64,000 nt of DNA from positions 40,672,001 to 40,736,000 of the forward strand of contig CM060731.1 of the NCBI GenBank assembly GCA_030704615.1, in the 5' to 3' direction. This document shows, piece by piece, positions 51,676 to 64,000 of the stretch. Under the pieces are notes generated by a model, which searched no databases, was not told where the DNA came from, and worked only from the letters and a program-made list of their open reading frames with translations. The position numbers were made by a program, and so were the translations under genes. Position 1 is the stretch's first letter; each line of letters opens with the position of its first letter. The DNA is from Takakia lepidozioides (lineage: Eukaryota > Plantae > Bryophyta).

Positions 51676-53325
51676 ATAACATCAATTTAATGGACTCACC
51701 CCAACATTGAGAAGAGCCGCAACTCGTATGATGACATGTATGTTGTAGCTAGATGGCTAGAGCTCACTGCTGCCATGTTTGTGAGTATGATGCTAATGCT
51801 TGCTCTAGCCTAGTTGCCATAGATCCAGATCCAATTGAATAGGTAACATACATGAAACAAAAAATGAGAAGCACAACACCGTGTGGGTTCTTCTTAATCA
51901 TCTCACCACAACGTTGTTTGGTATCCACTCGGTTGGCGCAGCACTTCCCTCGAAATGTAGGCAATGTCATGACAATTCTCCACTATGACTCCGACACTCT
52001 TGTCTCAACAATGGGTATGTTGTACTGCGTGACCATGTACTAAAAGGAGATGGCGATCTTGAACGTGCAAGGCTTGCGGTGCTAGACGAGACGTCATCCG
52101 ACAACATTATGGAACCTCAAGGGAGTGTGTGAATATTTTTGTCAGCTTGTCAAGAATCATCTTCCCCGCCAGGTTGGTCGTCAATTCGTAGTCTCATTGG
52201 ACGGGTGCGAACCTCTTTTTCACAAAGGTTCTCTCGCAAGGCTGTTGCCCACTTACGAGGATTCTTGGATCTGGAGGCCGTCCGCATCAGCATTTCCTGT
52301 CTGTCCGGCCCTAAGCCCCACTATTTCTCTTTTAAAAACTCGTTGTACCTGGATTGCTGCATGATGACCTCACAATGTCCTCCGTTGTGGCAATGAGGAT
52401 GCCCACCAGATGCGCCGCAAAGAGGCACGCCATAAAGAATGCACTGATTCGACCATGTTTGTTGTTGGTATGTCGGTGTCGGAGTCCAGACACAAATCCT
52501 GCAGATGTACATTTTTAGGTTAGAAGCAAGTTATAAATCATTGACAACCATAATATTCTTGGGGACCTAAAATCGTTCAACTCACCTACCACATATACTC
52601 GTCGAACTGTTTAAAACGATAATACCACCAAGCCGCCATTGCTCCATCATTTTTTTTTTTTTACAGCACCTGAAGTTGTCCACCAAGCCCGTATACATGC
52701 AAACTTGGTCTCTGCATCATCCAAAGTGGGAGCATTATCCCATGCAATACACATGGAACGGTGGTTCTCTCTGAAAGCTGGCGCCGTTTTGGTTGTGTAG
52801 TGCGACAAGCTCTGTAGAAAATGGAACCCACAAGATCTCTCATTTCTTTCCATTGGAACATTCGGGTCTTCCCCGTATACCCGTTGCATTGCAGTCCAGT
52901 TTGCTTGTACGTTGTCCGCCATGCAATCACAGAAATTCGGCGGGGGCAATCCCGCCCTAGCCATCGGTTCGTTTATTCCCTGCCAAAGGTGCATCTCCAA
53001 TTGTGTGTCCTCCATTTCATCTCACAAATAGCAATGGTCATTAGCATTCTGCATGGGGGTCCTAGACATGTGCACCAATTGTTACCCACTCGTGATTTAT
53101 AATACGCTTGATATGGTCGGACATGACCTAACTGTTTGTCGTCATCCGGCAGACTAGATCCACGCAGCTGCCAGGACCACACGTTGACATTTTGAATATG
53201 AAACAACGGTTTGCCTCACTCTTTTGTCTTGGAAACCGACTTCTATGAATGAAGTCATATCCACATTGTCACTTGACCTCCAAAATGGACTGCATATCCG
53301 AGCCTCACCCAAGTTTTGAACAGAC

Positions 53326-53377
53326 CAGTGTTGGGTGGATATTTGATTCTGCCTCAAACCCCCGGCGGATCCCAACC

Positions 53378-53420
<43 letters not shown>

Positions 53421-55282
53421 ATCTGCCGGAGGTCAAAATTTAAATATCTGCCTCCGTTAGGAACCACCGGATATGAATAGATTGGATAACCGGATCCGGT
53501 TGAGAACCCGTGGTTTTGTTTTTCCTTTTGTATTTGTTTTGATCCGGAACTAGTGGCCCACAAGAAGCAGGTTATGAACCCATATATCCGGCATTGAAAG
53601 ACGGAGGTTATACTCCGGATAATAGCCGGTTATTTGTTCACTTGACATAAAAGAGGCGGGCCATATCATGAGCTGGCATGTCTTCATTTTATTTCTACTC
53701 ATCACATTCAGAGGGGCACATTTCAGAGGGGCACGCATTTTTTCAGTAGTATTTTTAAAACATTAGATTTTAGTTTGGGTTATTTTATATTATTAAAATA
53801 AAATTAGATTTGTTGGATAACCGGATACTGAACCGCCGGAGGCCATCCTGACATAAACTCCATTTGTCCATAGCCGCATAGGGTTAAATTTTGAATTTGT
53901 TGCTAACCGGCAGGATATCAGAAACGGAAAAGCTCCAAAACCCCGGAACTGGAGGATGTGAACACAAAGTTAAAGTTAAACATCCGTAATCGGCTGATAT
54001 TAAAAAAAATCAAGTAACCACACAACACTCGAACAAACCAGTGTTGGGCGGTTCTTAGTTTCTTTAATATCTGCCGGGTCCAGGGTCATTTTTAAGGATT
54101 TTGAAAAGGGGTAGGAGTGGCTTTATAGAGTAGTGCAAGTGGCCCACTCTAGGTGATTTTCCTCAAACTGGTAGGCTACATGTATTTTCCACTTTTGTCA
54201 TATTTGTGAATCAAATGGATGTTGATGAGCATAGAAGGCGGAATTACAGAAATTGTTGAAAGCCATAATAGACGAATGGAACTCTTTCTATGTGAAAACC
54301 ATAGGCTAAATGGTACAAATAACGTATATAGTTCTGGCAAGACAGACGACCAGCATCTCCATGGGAGACGGAGGAGGCCCCACAATCCTAAACCCACTCC
54401 TCTGGCCGGTCAGATCATCCTGCATGCCCGCTATGGCTACATCTGTGCTACCCCGAAGGTCCACGGGCGAGGACCTTTTTGAGACCCCCAGTTTTTGGCG
54501 AAAATTGTCTTATTTGGACCTCTTTTTCCCTTTGTTCCATTCGCCAAGGGGTTTTTCAGGCGGCCAAATGGCCAAAAATCGCCAATAAAAAAACGCCGGC
54601 CGGGTCAGGATACTTGACAAATTAGAGAATGATATATCCTGCGGATCCGGATATTAGAATAATTTGCATTTCTAATATCCGCTGGTTATGCATAGTGGGA
54701 GTTTTTAAAAATCTGCTGGATATAAATAAGTCCAAAAACAAAAAAAGGTGGACGCGTTGCCGAATCTTATGGTGTCACTTGACCCCCTAGGGCTATCCTT
54801 CCAGTGGGAAGGTGGACACCGTATGACTTCCAACAGGTGGATTGAACCCACAACCACTCTTGAGAGGGTACGTGCACTTACCATAAGTCCGGATATTTAG
54901 ATTTTAATATCCGACGGTCGCCGTTATAGAGTAATCCGGATATAAATAATCACGAAATATATTTTTCTTAAAACAAGGGGATTGTAGCCCTGATTTTACT
55001 CGCAATTTTTTAAATTTTTATCTAATCAATTTAAATTATTAAAATTCTAATAAAATATTAATATTTCATTTCATTTTCTTGTATCATGTTGAGATCTGGT
55101 ATTTTGGCTACATATCCGGATACAATCCGGTTATTAAGCCTTTTTATATCCGGTGGGTAAGATCCTATCCGGATCCTCCGTTTTATGTATCCGCCGGATA
55201 TCAAATAGTTGTCCGATCCAGATCAGGATACATTGATATCCTACTATTGATATCCTGATGACTCTATATCTGCCCAACACTG
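53326..55282. mobile_element. Non-autonomous hAT-type insertion (two units, 53326-54030 and 54039-55282)
   Basis: TIR CAGTGTTGGG/CCCAACACTG with 8-bp flanks GAACAGAC and AAACAGAC. An internal head-to-head end pair is separated by GAACAAAC. Dense ATCCGG subterminal motifs and (TA)n. Confidence 0.85.
54745..54888 (-). mobile_element. SINE-like element nested in the hAT MITE (family of 11095)
   Basis: Minus strand GTGGTTGTGGGTTCAATCCACC..GGTGTCCACCTT..AAGTGACACCATAAG..TTTTTT. Confidence 0.6.
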
Positions 55283-55699
55283 AAACAGACGTGGGACTCC
55301 GATTCGTTGGAGCCAGCTTCCGACATTTTTTTGGTGAGTGCTTTCATCAATTTAGATACTTGCAGTTGTATTGATTGGGTGTAAAAACTAAAGGGCAATC
55401 AGGAGTCCAAATGGCAAAGTACGGAAGATAAATCTGTCCACCTTTTTGATATGGCAAGAACTTTTAGAACTCAATCTCAAGCATTGCCATCCATTATGCA
55501 GAAACCACAGCACTGTACAGCCTAATCGGAGCTCAATAGAAGCACTATCAAGACAAAACGTTCTAAGTTAGAGCATTGTTCGCATATCATCATCCTCAAA
55601 AAAACACTGTCAATGACCCTGGCGCACTTTGCGCAACATAAGGATAGATTGTCGAAGTAGACAGAAATGTCTCCACGAGCTTGCAATCCTGCTCGGTTC

Positions 55700-55865
55700 A
55701 GCGGATCAATCTGTTCCTTTACCTTTTCATCACTTTCAAGAACTCCAACTATTTCCTCTGCCACCTTCTTACAAATAAACAGCGGAGCTCGACACTTGAG
55801 GGCCAGAGCAACACCATCAGTTGGACTTATGTCCACACTTCTATGGCTTGGCAGGATTGACATAT
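55700..55865 (-). pseudogene. Bifunctional nuclease (DUF151)-like exon fragment
   Basis: SVDISPTDGVALALKCRAPLFICKKVAEE resembles the D.RPSDA.ALA.R..API.V motif. Confidence 0.45.
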
Positions 55866-58107
55866 CTGCTGGTGGTTTTTTCCACCCAGTTGTCTATGGG
55901 CTTGGAGTTTGAACCTTGAGTAGAAGCTATATTTGTCGACACCTAAATTACAATTATCTAAGGTGGTTTTGAAAACACAAGCCCTTTTGTCCAAATAGCA
56001 ATCCAGGTGGAGGGCCACCAAATAGACCTGGGCAAATCTGGAGCAAAGTGAACAAGTTGGCAAAAATCCAGGAATCCAGACAGATCCACTAGGCAAATTT
56101 ATGTGGACATATGTAAATCACCGATATTGGCATACTTGAACAGGCCTCTCACCTTTGTCCTTGAGGTTGGAGCTGTGTGTGGATTCTGGAGCTGGGTTTA
56201 AGTTAGAAGCCTGTGTGGAAGCTGAACCGCCTCTTCAAGTGTACTTGCGAGTAGGCAGATATCGGTTAGTACCTACAATGTGGTACTTCAGATGGTACTA
56301 ACAAGAAGTTTTAGGCCCAGGGAAGTGTGATTGGATTTGGATGAACACCGCCTGTTAGCTATTTTGAAGCAACCCAAATTCAAATTGAGAGGAAGTTGTG
56401 ACTAGGAAGATGGTGGAGCTGACAGGAGTACAAGTGTGATTGCTATTGAAGCAGCATCTGCAAGAGGAGAGAGAGCACTGTAGCGTGGCCTCCGAAGGAA
56501 AGCATGAAGATGCCCCCAGTAGGCAAACGCATAAGTTGCTGCGTGTATGTTTTGTCCACGTACGTATGAATGGACAGAGGGATGTGGTGAAGGAAACAAT
56601 ATGGTGCTTTTGTGATCATCCAAGGAACTTGCACTTGAATATTGGTTTGGAAAGTGAGGTGATTCCAGTCTGTCAGATTTGATTCACTGGAATCCCCTGA
56701 TGTGGCATCAAGCAGAAGGAAAAGGGCCCCTAAAGCCGTCAAGGTGGCAAGCTCCCAATCACTTTGACAAGTTTTATTCACCAGAATTGACTCTGCGATC
56801 TACACTGGTGAATTGATAAGACCTGGAATAGTAGGCATCGTGCAGGAGAAGTGGTGATATGTTTGGGATTTAGTGTCAATTTGGGTTTGGAAAGCATGTC
56901 CAGGCAGTCTAGTTCTCTGGCCCTCTGTCCTACAAGTCAGGAGGATTGTGGATAAGGATGTGTGGAGGTTATTAATGACAGAGATACAGGTGATGGCAGG
57001 CAAAGTTGGAGGTAGAAAGCTGGTCTCACCAGCAGACATGAATGTGCTTCCCATGATGGAAGTGGCGTGTGGTGTTGTATTCAACATATTACAGGTTGTG
57101 AGCTGTCTTGTATGTTGAATGATGGACATGGATTATATGCATGTTTTCAAGAATGTGAGCAGGTTGTTCCATGAAGACTGTAGGTTTCAAGGATACCCAT
57201 TCTTATATGAAAGGCACATCAAAGCTCCATGGGTGCCCATTGGGTGATCCCTCACTTTCAAGTTTGTTAATGACATCCCATCGGTGGTATATAGCTGTTT
57301 AGAAGCACTTACAGTATGAAAATGTTGTGGTGCAGGCACTTGGCGGTTGCTCAGCAACCTCAAGGGCGATGGCTGGACCTGTGTAGTGGCTCCGTGGGAA
57401 TTGAGGCACTCAGCAGGGGATGTGAAATGGTATGTAGTATTCACTCTTTGAAACACATCTGGAGATCAACAGACTAGATTAAGCAAGCCAAGAGTTCCAT
57501 ATTGAAATGAATCCCTCCCTCAGGTTCGACCATCATAATGAGATTACAGATATAAATACAACCTGAAAGATCGACCTCTTCAGAAGGAGGTACCGGTGGA
57601 GCCTGATGTCCAACTTTTTGATGCCCAGTAGTGCCTTCTAAGTTTACAAGTAACCATTCTAGAAACATTGACAAACATTCTTAAAGTAGTGGTTACACAG
57701 GTTGACATGTTTGCTGGTGTGTAGTCAATGTCAAGTACCTTGAAGTAAAGATATCATTGTTTCCATTATTGCAAGTGGCAGCAGATGAAAGTTAAAGCTA
57801 CCTTTAAAGATCTTCAGTACAACCTCCAGAATCTTTTAGTAATCGCACAACAAAATGTTACTTAGTTCTGATTTCCTGTGGAATGGATACCTAAACAAGG
57901 TTGCTTATGTGTACAGTGGCAGGCACCAGAAAGAGGGTAGGCCAGTTCTTTCAAATTGGTTTGCCTAGTGTATCCCTCTGCATGTCTAATTGTAACAGCC
58001 AATCTCCTGACGCCTACTCCTTCCAATAGAGGTGGGACTTTGGATATCTAAACAAGAAGAAGACACAAGTGAAATGTGGTGGGCTAAAAGCAAAGTTTGA
58101 AACTCAC

Positions 58108-58535
58108 AATACAGGTCTGATCTCCTAGAAGGGGTGATGTTGAGAGTTGGTCCATCAAGGTAGTGGAATTCTACTGCTTCATATGGAGGAGTTACACTTA
58201 TGTAGTCGAATTTGCCCCCAAGTATCTCAGCTGTCAAATAGACAGCACCAGCTGTCAGGCATTAAAGAATAGACCTCATATGTGACCATCTTCTCGGTAT
58301 GAATGATGGGGATGAGAAATGAAACAAAACAGACATTGCCTCCTCACCCTAAAGAACATCAAAGCATATCAAATGACCACAGAAAAAATGCCAACTAACA
58401 TACGTCCACGATCAGATGCTTGCTGCTTTCAACCCGTGTGGTATGCACAGTAGATTGTCCATGGAAGCTCGTTGCTTGCAAGTTGGTATCCAACACTTGT
58501 GCTACCACCCAGGGGTCCATCTCCACAAAATGTGC
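58108..58535 (-). pseudogene. RsmD/YlbH-like rRNA methyltransferase fragment (two exons)
   Basis: AHFVEMDPWVVAQVLDTNL..HTTRVE and GKFDYISVTPPYEAV..DQLSTSPLLG with splice sites. Frameshift present and the 5' part is absent. Confidence 0.8.
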
Positions 58536-58603
58536 CTATCTTCCCCCTTAGCAGCCTATGATTTCGTGTTTAATTATAATTTGAAGTATTTCGGGATGAA
58601 GAG

Positions 58604-61307
58604 GTGAACCAGGAAGATGGGCTTACAGATGAGTATGCATATGACTATGATAACTATGTGGATGAGTCAATGTGGGGTGTCGACGCCCATATTCTCTGTA
58701 CTCCGGTACGCACCTACCTGTTATTTGGGGATTGGAAAGGGGGAATCAGTATTGCCACCTTTCCAGCTGTAAGAGTTCTAGGTACACATGTAGGTGTTTG
58801 TGTCATATAAGAGTTAATGACCAGTCTGCTAGCTTGCCAGAGGGGAACTTCAGGGAAGTGAAGATGACTGTTTCAGGTTTATGGAGCCATGTGGTGACAG
58901 GTCATAGCTGACATCGATCAAGATGGAGTGGAAATGATTGTCGCAGCATCTTTCTTCTACGACTGTGAGTAAGCCCTTTCTTTCTTGGCTCCCCTTCCTT
59001 GATATTCACTTAACCTCCTCAGTTTCGGAAAGTGGTACATGGCTGTGTATGCTCATTGTAGTAGTAGTGCTACTCTAGGAAGGGTCTAATTGTAAAGGTT
59101 GTGGAAGCAATGAATAGCTTCGAATCAGCTAATTAACTGGAGGCTAAGATCATGGGGAGGTGGGCCAGATATTATGACATGCCAGAAGCAGGTTAAATGG
59201 ACTCAGGAACTCGACCTCAGCACGGTATATCGTGCCTACATTTACTCTTCACCAACTGTTGCGGACGTGGATAATGATGGATACCTGGAAATTCTTGTTG
59301 GCACCTCCTTTGGCTTCCTCTATGTTCTTCACCACAATGGTATCACATCTTCCTCCAACATTAGTTGTATGTGCTCCAACAAGGAATGTCCACATGTTTA
59401 CATTTTCCCTGAAAGTTTGTTATGTGTGTGCTTTGTATGTTGTCCTGTGGAGAGATTGAGAACCAGCAATTGATTTGGTACTGCAGGCACACTGAAAGCG
59501 CCATTCCCACTGTTGATGGGGGAGATTCAGGGACAAGTGATAGCAGCTGATATCAATGATGATGGGGACATCGAGATAGTGTGTGCTGATGTGCGTGGTA
59601 ATGTGGCTACCTGGACTGGGGAAGGCAAGGAAGTTTGGGATGCTCATCTGAAGAGCTCATTGCACAGGTAGCTTTGATCCTGTTCATAAACTGACTTCCA
59701 GTGTGGGTGCTTGACAATGCTGGCTGGCTGGAATTTCCGCTCTGTTACGTACATCTGCATAATGGCGTTCTTTTCTTCGGGTGCTGGATTGTCCCTTGAA
59801 CCTGCTCTCCCTACAAGGTTTTCAGTTGTCTGTTTGTTCTGGGTGGCTTGTAACAGTTGATGAGGTGTGGGGCAGGGACTGACAGGCGGTGATGTAGATG
59901 GGGATGGGCATACAGATGTGGTGGTTCCCACATCCTCAGGCAATATATATGTGCTCAAGGGTTCTGATGGAACGATGGTGCGACATTATCCCTTTCGCAC
60001 TCATGGCTGTGTAATGGCTCCAGTTCTCTTGGTGGATCTCAGTAAGCGAGGAGACAATCGCAAGGGGCTGACCATTGCAGTCACTTCTTTTGATGGCTAT
60101 TTCTACCTCATTGATGGCCCTACTGCTTGTGCTGATGCCATTGACATCGGAGAAACTCCGTAAGCAATCAGACTTGCCATGAGGCATTATTTTCTTGCAT
60201 CATCTGTGGTTCAGGTGTGGGATAGGTAGTATTCGCATCAGCTGACAAGAGCCTCCATTGCAGATATAGCATGGTGTTGGCGGAGAATGTTGATGGAGGC
60301 GATGACTTGGACTTCATTGTGACAACTATGAATGGCAATGTCTATTGTTTTCAAACACCTGCTCCCCATCACCCTCTCAAGGTATTCCTGCTAGATGCCA
60401 GTCTCGTTTGCCCAGGTTCCCTTCTTCCAAAGTCTCCTTGGCTGTGCCCCTATGACATGGGACAATAAAGGTATATGCAATGAAGATGTCACCTTGGTTT
60501 GAAAGTTGGAGTGACCGCATATGTGATGGGTAGTTACAGGAATTGTGTATCCCTGCAGCTGAAAGGGATGCCCCCTGATAGGTCGTCTCAAGATAGGCGC
60601 CGAGGTCAACCTCACCTTGAGCTCCTGGAAAGCTCGTTCCTGCTCATCTTCCCACTGGCACTCTTGGTCCACCTTGGTCAGTGTACCCCGCAATCCTCCA
60701 TGGCAAGCAGGCATAACCGGGAAGGCGTATTTATTCTTCCATCCTCATGCTCCTTCCGCGATGAGGCAGATAGCAACTTTTATGTGCAGTTTAAAATTGT
60801 TGACCATTATCGAGCCCTTCCAGGCACCCAGGGACCCTACAATGTCTTGGTAAGCACTCGTCACACCAAGAAAAAGTTGAAAATATGGTGTTCATGACTT
60901 GTGTGACTTCTCTTTGGGATGCATATCAGCTTAGCTCTAACACAGTGAGGGCGCAACTTTTTGGGGTTGCCGGATCAGGTGACACTACTGGTGCGCCAGG
61001 CAACTATCAGGGGCAGAAGTGGATTGTACAGCAGTCGATTTACACTCAGGCTGGTGTGTACACGGTGACGGTACCATGTGTGTCTGTTCAAGCAAATGGC
61101 AGTGTGCTGGTGGAGATGGTTGACGAGAATGGCCTCTATTTCTCTGATGAGTCTGCTCTTACCTTCCATATGCACTACTATCGCATGCTCAAGTGGTTGA
61201 TTGTGCTCCCCTTCTTGGGTATGGTTAGTGTGCTTCTCCTTGTGCACCCAAAGGAAGGAGCTCCACTTCCGTCCCTCTCCACGGACAGACATCTTCATTC
61301 TTGGTGA
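58604..61307 (+). pseudogene. DEX1: DEFECTIVE IN EXINE FORMATION 1-like (FG-GAP repeat) 3' part, disrupted
   Basis: [26 protein letters not shown]|[83 protein letters not shown]. The 5' end is missing, with internal deletions and frameshifts. Confidence 0.9.
60557..60681 (-). mobile_element. Short Ty3/gypsy RT-RNaseH connection fragment, antisense inside a DEX1 exon
   Basis: LTKVDQECQWEDEQERAFQELKVRLTSAPILRRPIRGHPFQL. Confidence 0.8.
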
Positions 61308-61396
61308 AGTTTGATAGCAGCTGTCTAATAGCCATATCCATTTTGGTTACGACATACCACAAAGTTGCATGTCATTATCAAAATGCACCTGAGGTT

Positions 61397-61455
61397 GCAG
61401 AGGCATGTGTAGCTGAAGGAGCAAAGAGAGTGTGGGTCCAGATTCATCCAGGGGG
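61397..61455 (+). repeat. Third copy of the PDF-gene intron end and exon start
   Basis: GCAGAGGCATG..AGCTGAAGGAGCA..GAGTGTGGGTCCAG|ATTCATCCA is near-identical to 1898-1953. Confidence 0.8.
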
Positions 61456-62847
61456 TAGCAAGTTGTCAACTTGGATGAGCTCACAAATGAGCAGAGAGCA
61501 AATCAGCACCAGCCAGTGTTCGGATAAAATTAGGTTAAATTTAATCCATACGATTCTTTGACAGTATAAAATATTGTAACACATGGACTGTAGGATCTGT
61601 GTTGTATGCACAGACTTCAATGTGTACAACAATGTATCTTACAAAAGAAGGTTAGGCTTGGCTCAAAATGTTTTTCCATTCTATCCTGGTGTTTTACACC
61701 ACATTTCCTGATTTAGCCCCCAGGCATGCTGGCACTAAATGCGCATTATACAGATTGGCCTTTCTGGGTCCCTCAATTTCACCTGCGTTAGTTCTGGGCT
61801 GGGTTGCTTCCTGCATGGGCCTTCAGAGAGTTCACACCGCAAAACTCCATTGCATGAGATGTTGGGTAAGTGTTTGAAGTTGTGCTCCAATCTTTGCACA
61901 ATTTTCGCATGCATCTAGGCCAATTGCCACAAAGTTGTTTCCTGCCAAGTTTTGTAACTTGAAGCCAGCATAAACATTTAGTTCTCACCTCAGGCTGTAC
62001 GGACAAATCAATAAAGTCCGCCTCCTTCTCGTGAGTGGTCTCAGATCATGAAATTTATCATTGTGATCAACGCCCATGGGAGGTGGATGCCCAAACAAGG
62101 CAATTGAGCAAGAGTGTGTTTGCCAACAACCTCTTTGTGTACAGCACACTAATTGAAAAACGTTTTTACTTTTGGGATCCTCCAAATCCCAAGGACCCCA
62201 ATGGAAGTATGGATGTATCACAAAAAATGAACGAAGGCTGCAACACCACAAAGCATGGGAGTACTGGATCTTCATAAACGGTAAACTTAAGTTCTCAAAT
62301 GACTCTCATAGCACAAATTGCATAACTGAGCAATCCAAGAAGGATACCATTCCATACAAGGCCACACTTAATCTTCTCCTCAAGTTTCAGATTATGGACA
62401 ATGACATTTTCCGTCCACGAAAGCCCACTGACAAGCCAACACGATTACGGAATTGAGGAGTATCAGACGGCTCCCTTTCCTATAACAGCCCAACACGACG
62501 CAAAAGAACCCACAATTGCAGTGGGACGTGTGTATAGTGCCTATTGTAAGGGTGATTTTGTAGATTGCCAGATGGGCACTTCTCGGATGTGCAAGGCCGA
62601 GAGAGATGAAGTGATCAAGCAGCAAGTGTGAAGTGTGGAGATAGGGACCCGTCCAAGCATCCAAACCAGAAGCAAGTGTACGGAGCCGTTTGTGAAGAAG
62701 CTATGGCCAGGGTTTAGGGTTTTGTGAGATTGAGAGAGAGGGGAGATGGGGATGCGGAATTAATATTGGGTGTGAACTGAGGGTGTCAGATTATCGGTAG
62801 CTCTTGGGGATGCTTAAATGCAGGCAGTACAAGGTGGAGGAAGCAAG

Positions 62848-62925
62848 ATGTTGGTGGTATTCATGCTGGATACTAGTGCGTCTATGAACCAGCGCTGTGC
62901 CAATGGTCTGTCGCTGTTGGATTGT
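62848..62925 (+). pseudogene. Integrator subunit 6 (INTS6/DDX26)-like N-terminal fragment
   Basis: MLVVFMLDTSASMNQRCANGLSLLDC matches the INTS6 vWA start (..F..DTSASMNQR....LD). Similarity stops abruptly. A telobox/(GA)n 5' region lies at ~62710. Confidence 0.65.
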
Positions 62926-64000
62926 GGCACCTGTGCATATGGGTTGATATGGGGATGTGATTTGTTCTGATGTATGCAATCAGGAATTCTGGACCAGCAT
63001 GGCAGTGACGTCTGTATGTCATTGAGAACTATGTGCTGGGCCTTCTTTCCACCATCCACTTTTCTCATCACTAAATTTCTGTCGGGAGAAGTGTTTACTT
63101 TTCTTACTAACAAGGCTGGGGACTGTGCATCTGTGGGAAAACTGAATAAGCGATTTTGGAACAGTAGAGCTGCTGGCACGTTATAGGCACCTGGGAGTAG
63201 TTGTAGCAAACTTAATCAAACACACAGAAAGGAGTGAATTGACAAATCTTTGATAATTATAGAGATGTTCTCTGGAGACAGATGCATACTCTCAAGGCAC
63301 TCTGTCAATGTTCTTATAACAAAACTTATGCAATGGTGCATGGTTACCATCACATCCCAATCAAGTGGGAGTCAATGAGCTCTGTTTTAGTTAGTGTGGA
63401 ATGGGTCTGCTGCTCCACATTGTCTGGAGTAGGGCTGTTAGCTACCTGGTATGCACTGTGTGGATTATTCCTGATGGGAAAGCAAGGGGACATGAAATAG
63501 GATTCCCTCGGTGAGTGCAGCGGTGCTGGAGAGAAGTGGGCCCATACCTCAGAACGCCCCCATTTCTGGTGCACAGTCTGCAGTGGCCATGGACTCCAAC
63601 ATATCAGCCTTCTGTGAGTTTACAGGGTGAGTGGATATTTCAGTACACCTTGTGGATCAGAATTCCTGAGCATGCATACAGATATGTGTTGCTTGAGACA
63701 GCTGGACCAGACTTGGTATAAATAGATGGTCTCGGTAGTGTTGTGGATGTCTGGACCTGGCATTTGGATTGTATCGTCATAGGTTGCACTGAAAGTTCCT
63801 TGTTACATTGGGTAGCTGTTTGATATCGTAGGCTTTTGTGAACAATTAGAGAAAGGACTGAGGAGGTTGGGGGGCAGAGGCAAGTGTTTTGTAGCGACAA
63901 GCTGGAAGGTGCTAATGCAGCATACGGATGTGCAGCCCGACTGCCACCCTGTGTTATTGTCTCCTTTGAGCACATGCCCTTACCTGGCTCCACCACTCTT

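Larger units (their letters stand above)
52130..55400 (-). mobile_element. MULE/Mutator-type transposase pseudogene, interrupted by hAT MITEs at 53326-55282
   Basis: FIFKMSTCGPGSCVDLVCRM, MTIAICEM..ED, MADNVQANWTAM..VYG..ERSCGFHF, YNEFL..GLGPD. The extent beyond the insertion (to ~55400) is tentative. Confidence 0.7.

Noticed and set aside
56150-57800. Possible degraded LINE or RNase H region
   Set aside because: Motifs are too decayed to support a call.

Overview
Eukaryotic nuclear DNA from a land plant, most likely a non-seed plant. This is inferred from short GT-AG introns, PLS-class PPR and DEX1 sequences, and the transposon families present. Two genes look intact: a six-exon D-type cyclin (35921-37892) and a two-exon divergent histone H2A in an AT-rich island (18588-19953). 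The rest is largely decayed mobile DNA (CACTA, Ty3/gypsy chromovirus, LTRs, hAT, MULE, LINEs, tRNA-derived SINEs, MITEs) and host-gene fragments (DEX1, RsmD-like methylase, MAK/CDK-like kinase, INTS6 N-terminus, DUF151 nuclease). The most striking structure is a Crypton-like (DUF3504-type) tyrosine recombinase gene cut into two oppositely oriented halves (24611-25660 +, 28691-29302 -). Each half is bounded by the same 8-bp GATCCGAT next to a hAT-type terminal repeat, so inverting 24611-28698 rejoins the halves in frame. A second notable item is a family of intron-split OSB-type PDF (ssDNA-binding) motifs, one copy of which sits directly in front of PLS-type PPR repeats that have expanded into a ~125-bp satellite. 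All protein identities come from motif recognition by eye; no database search was run.
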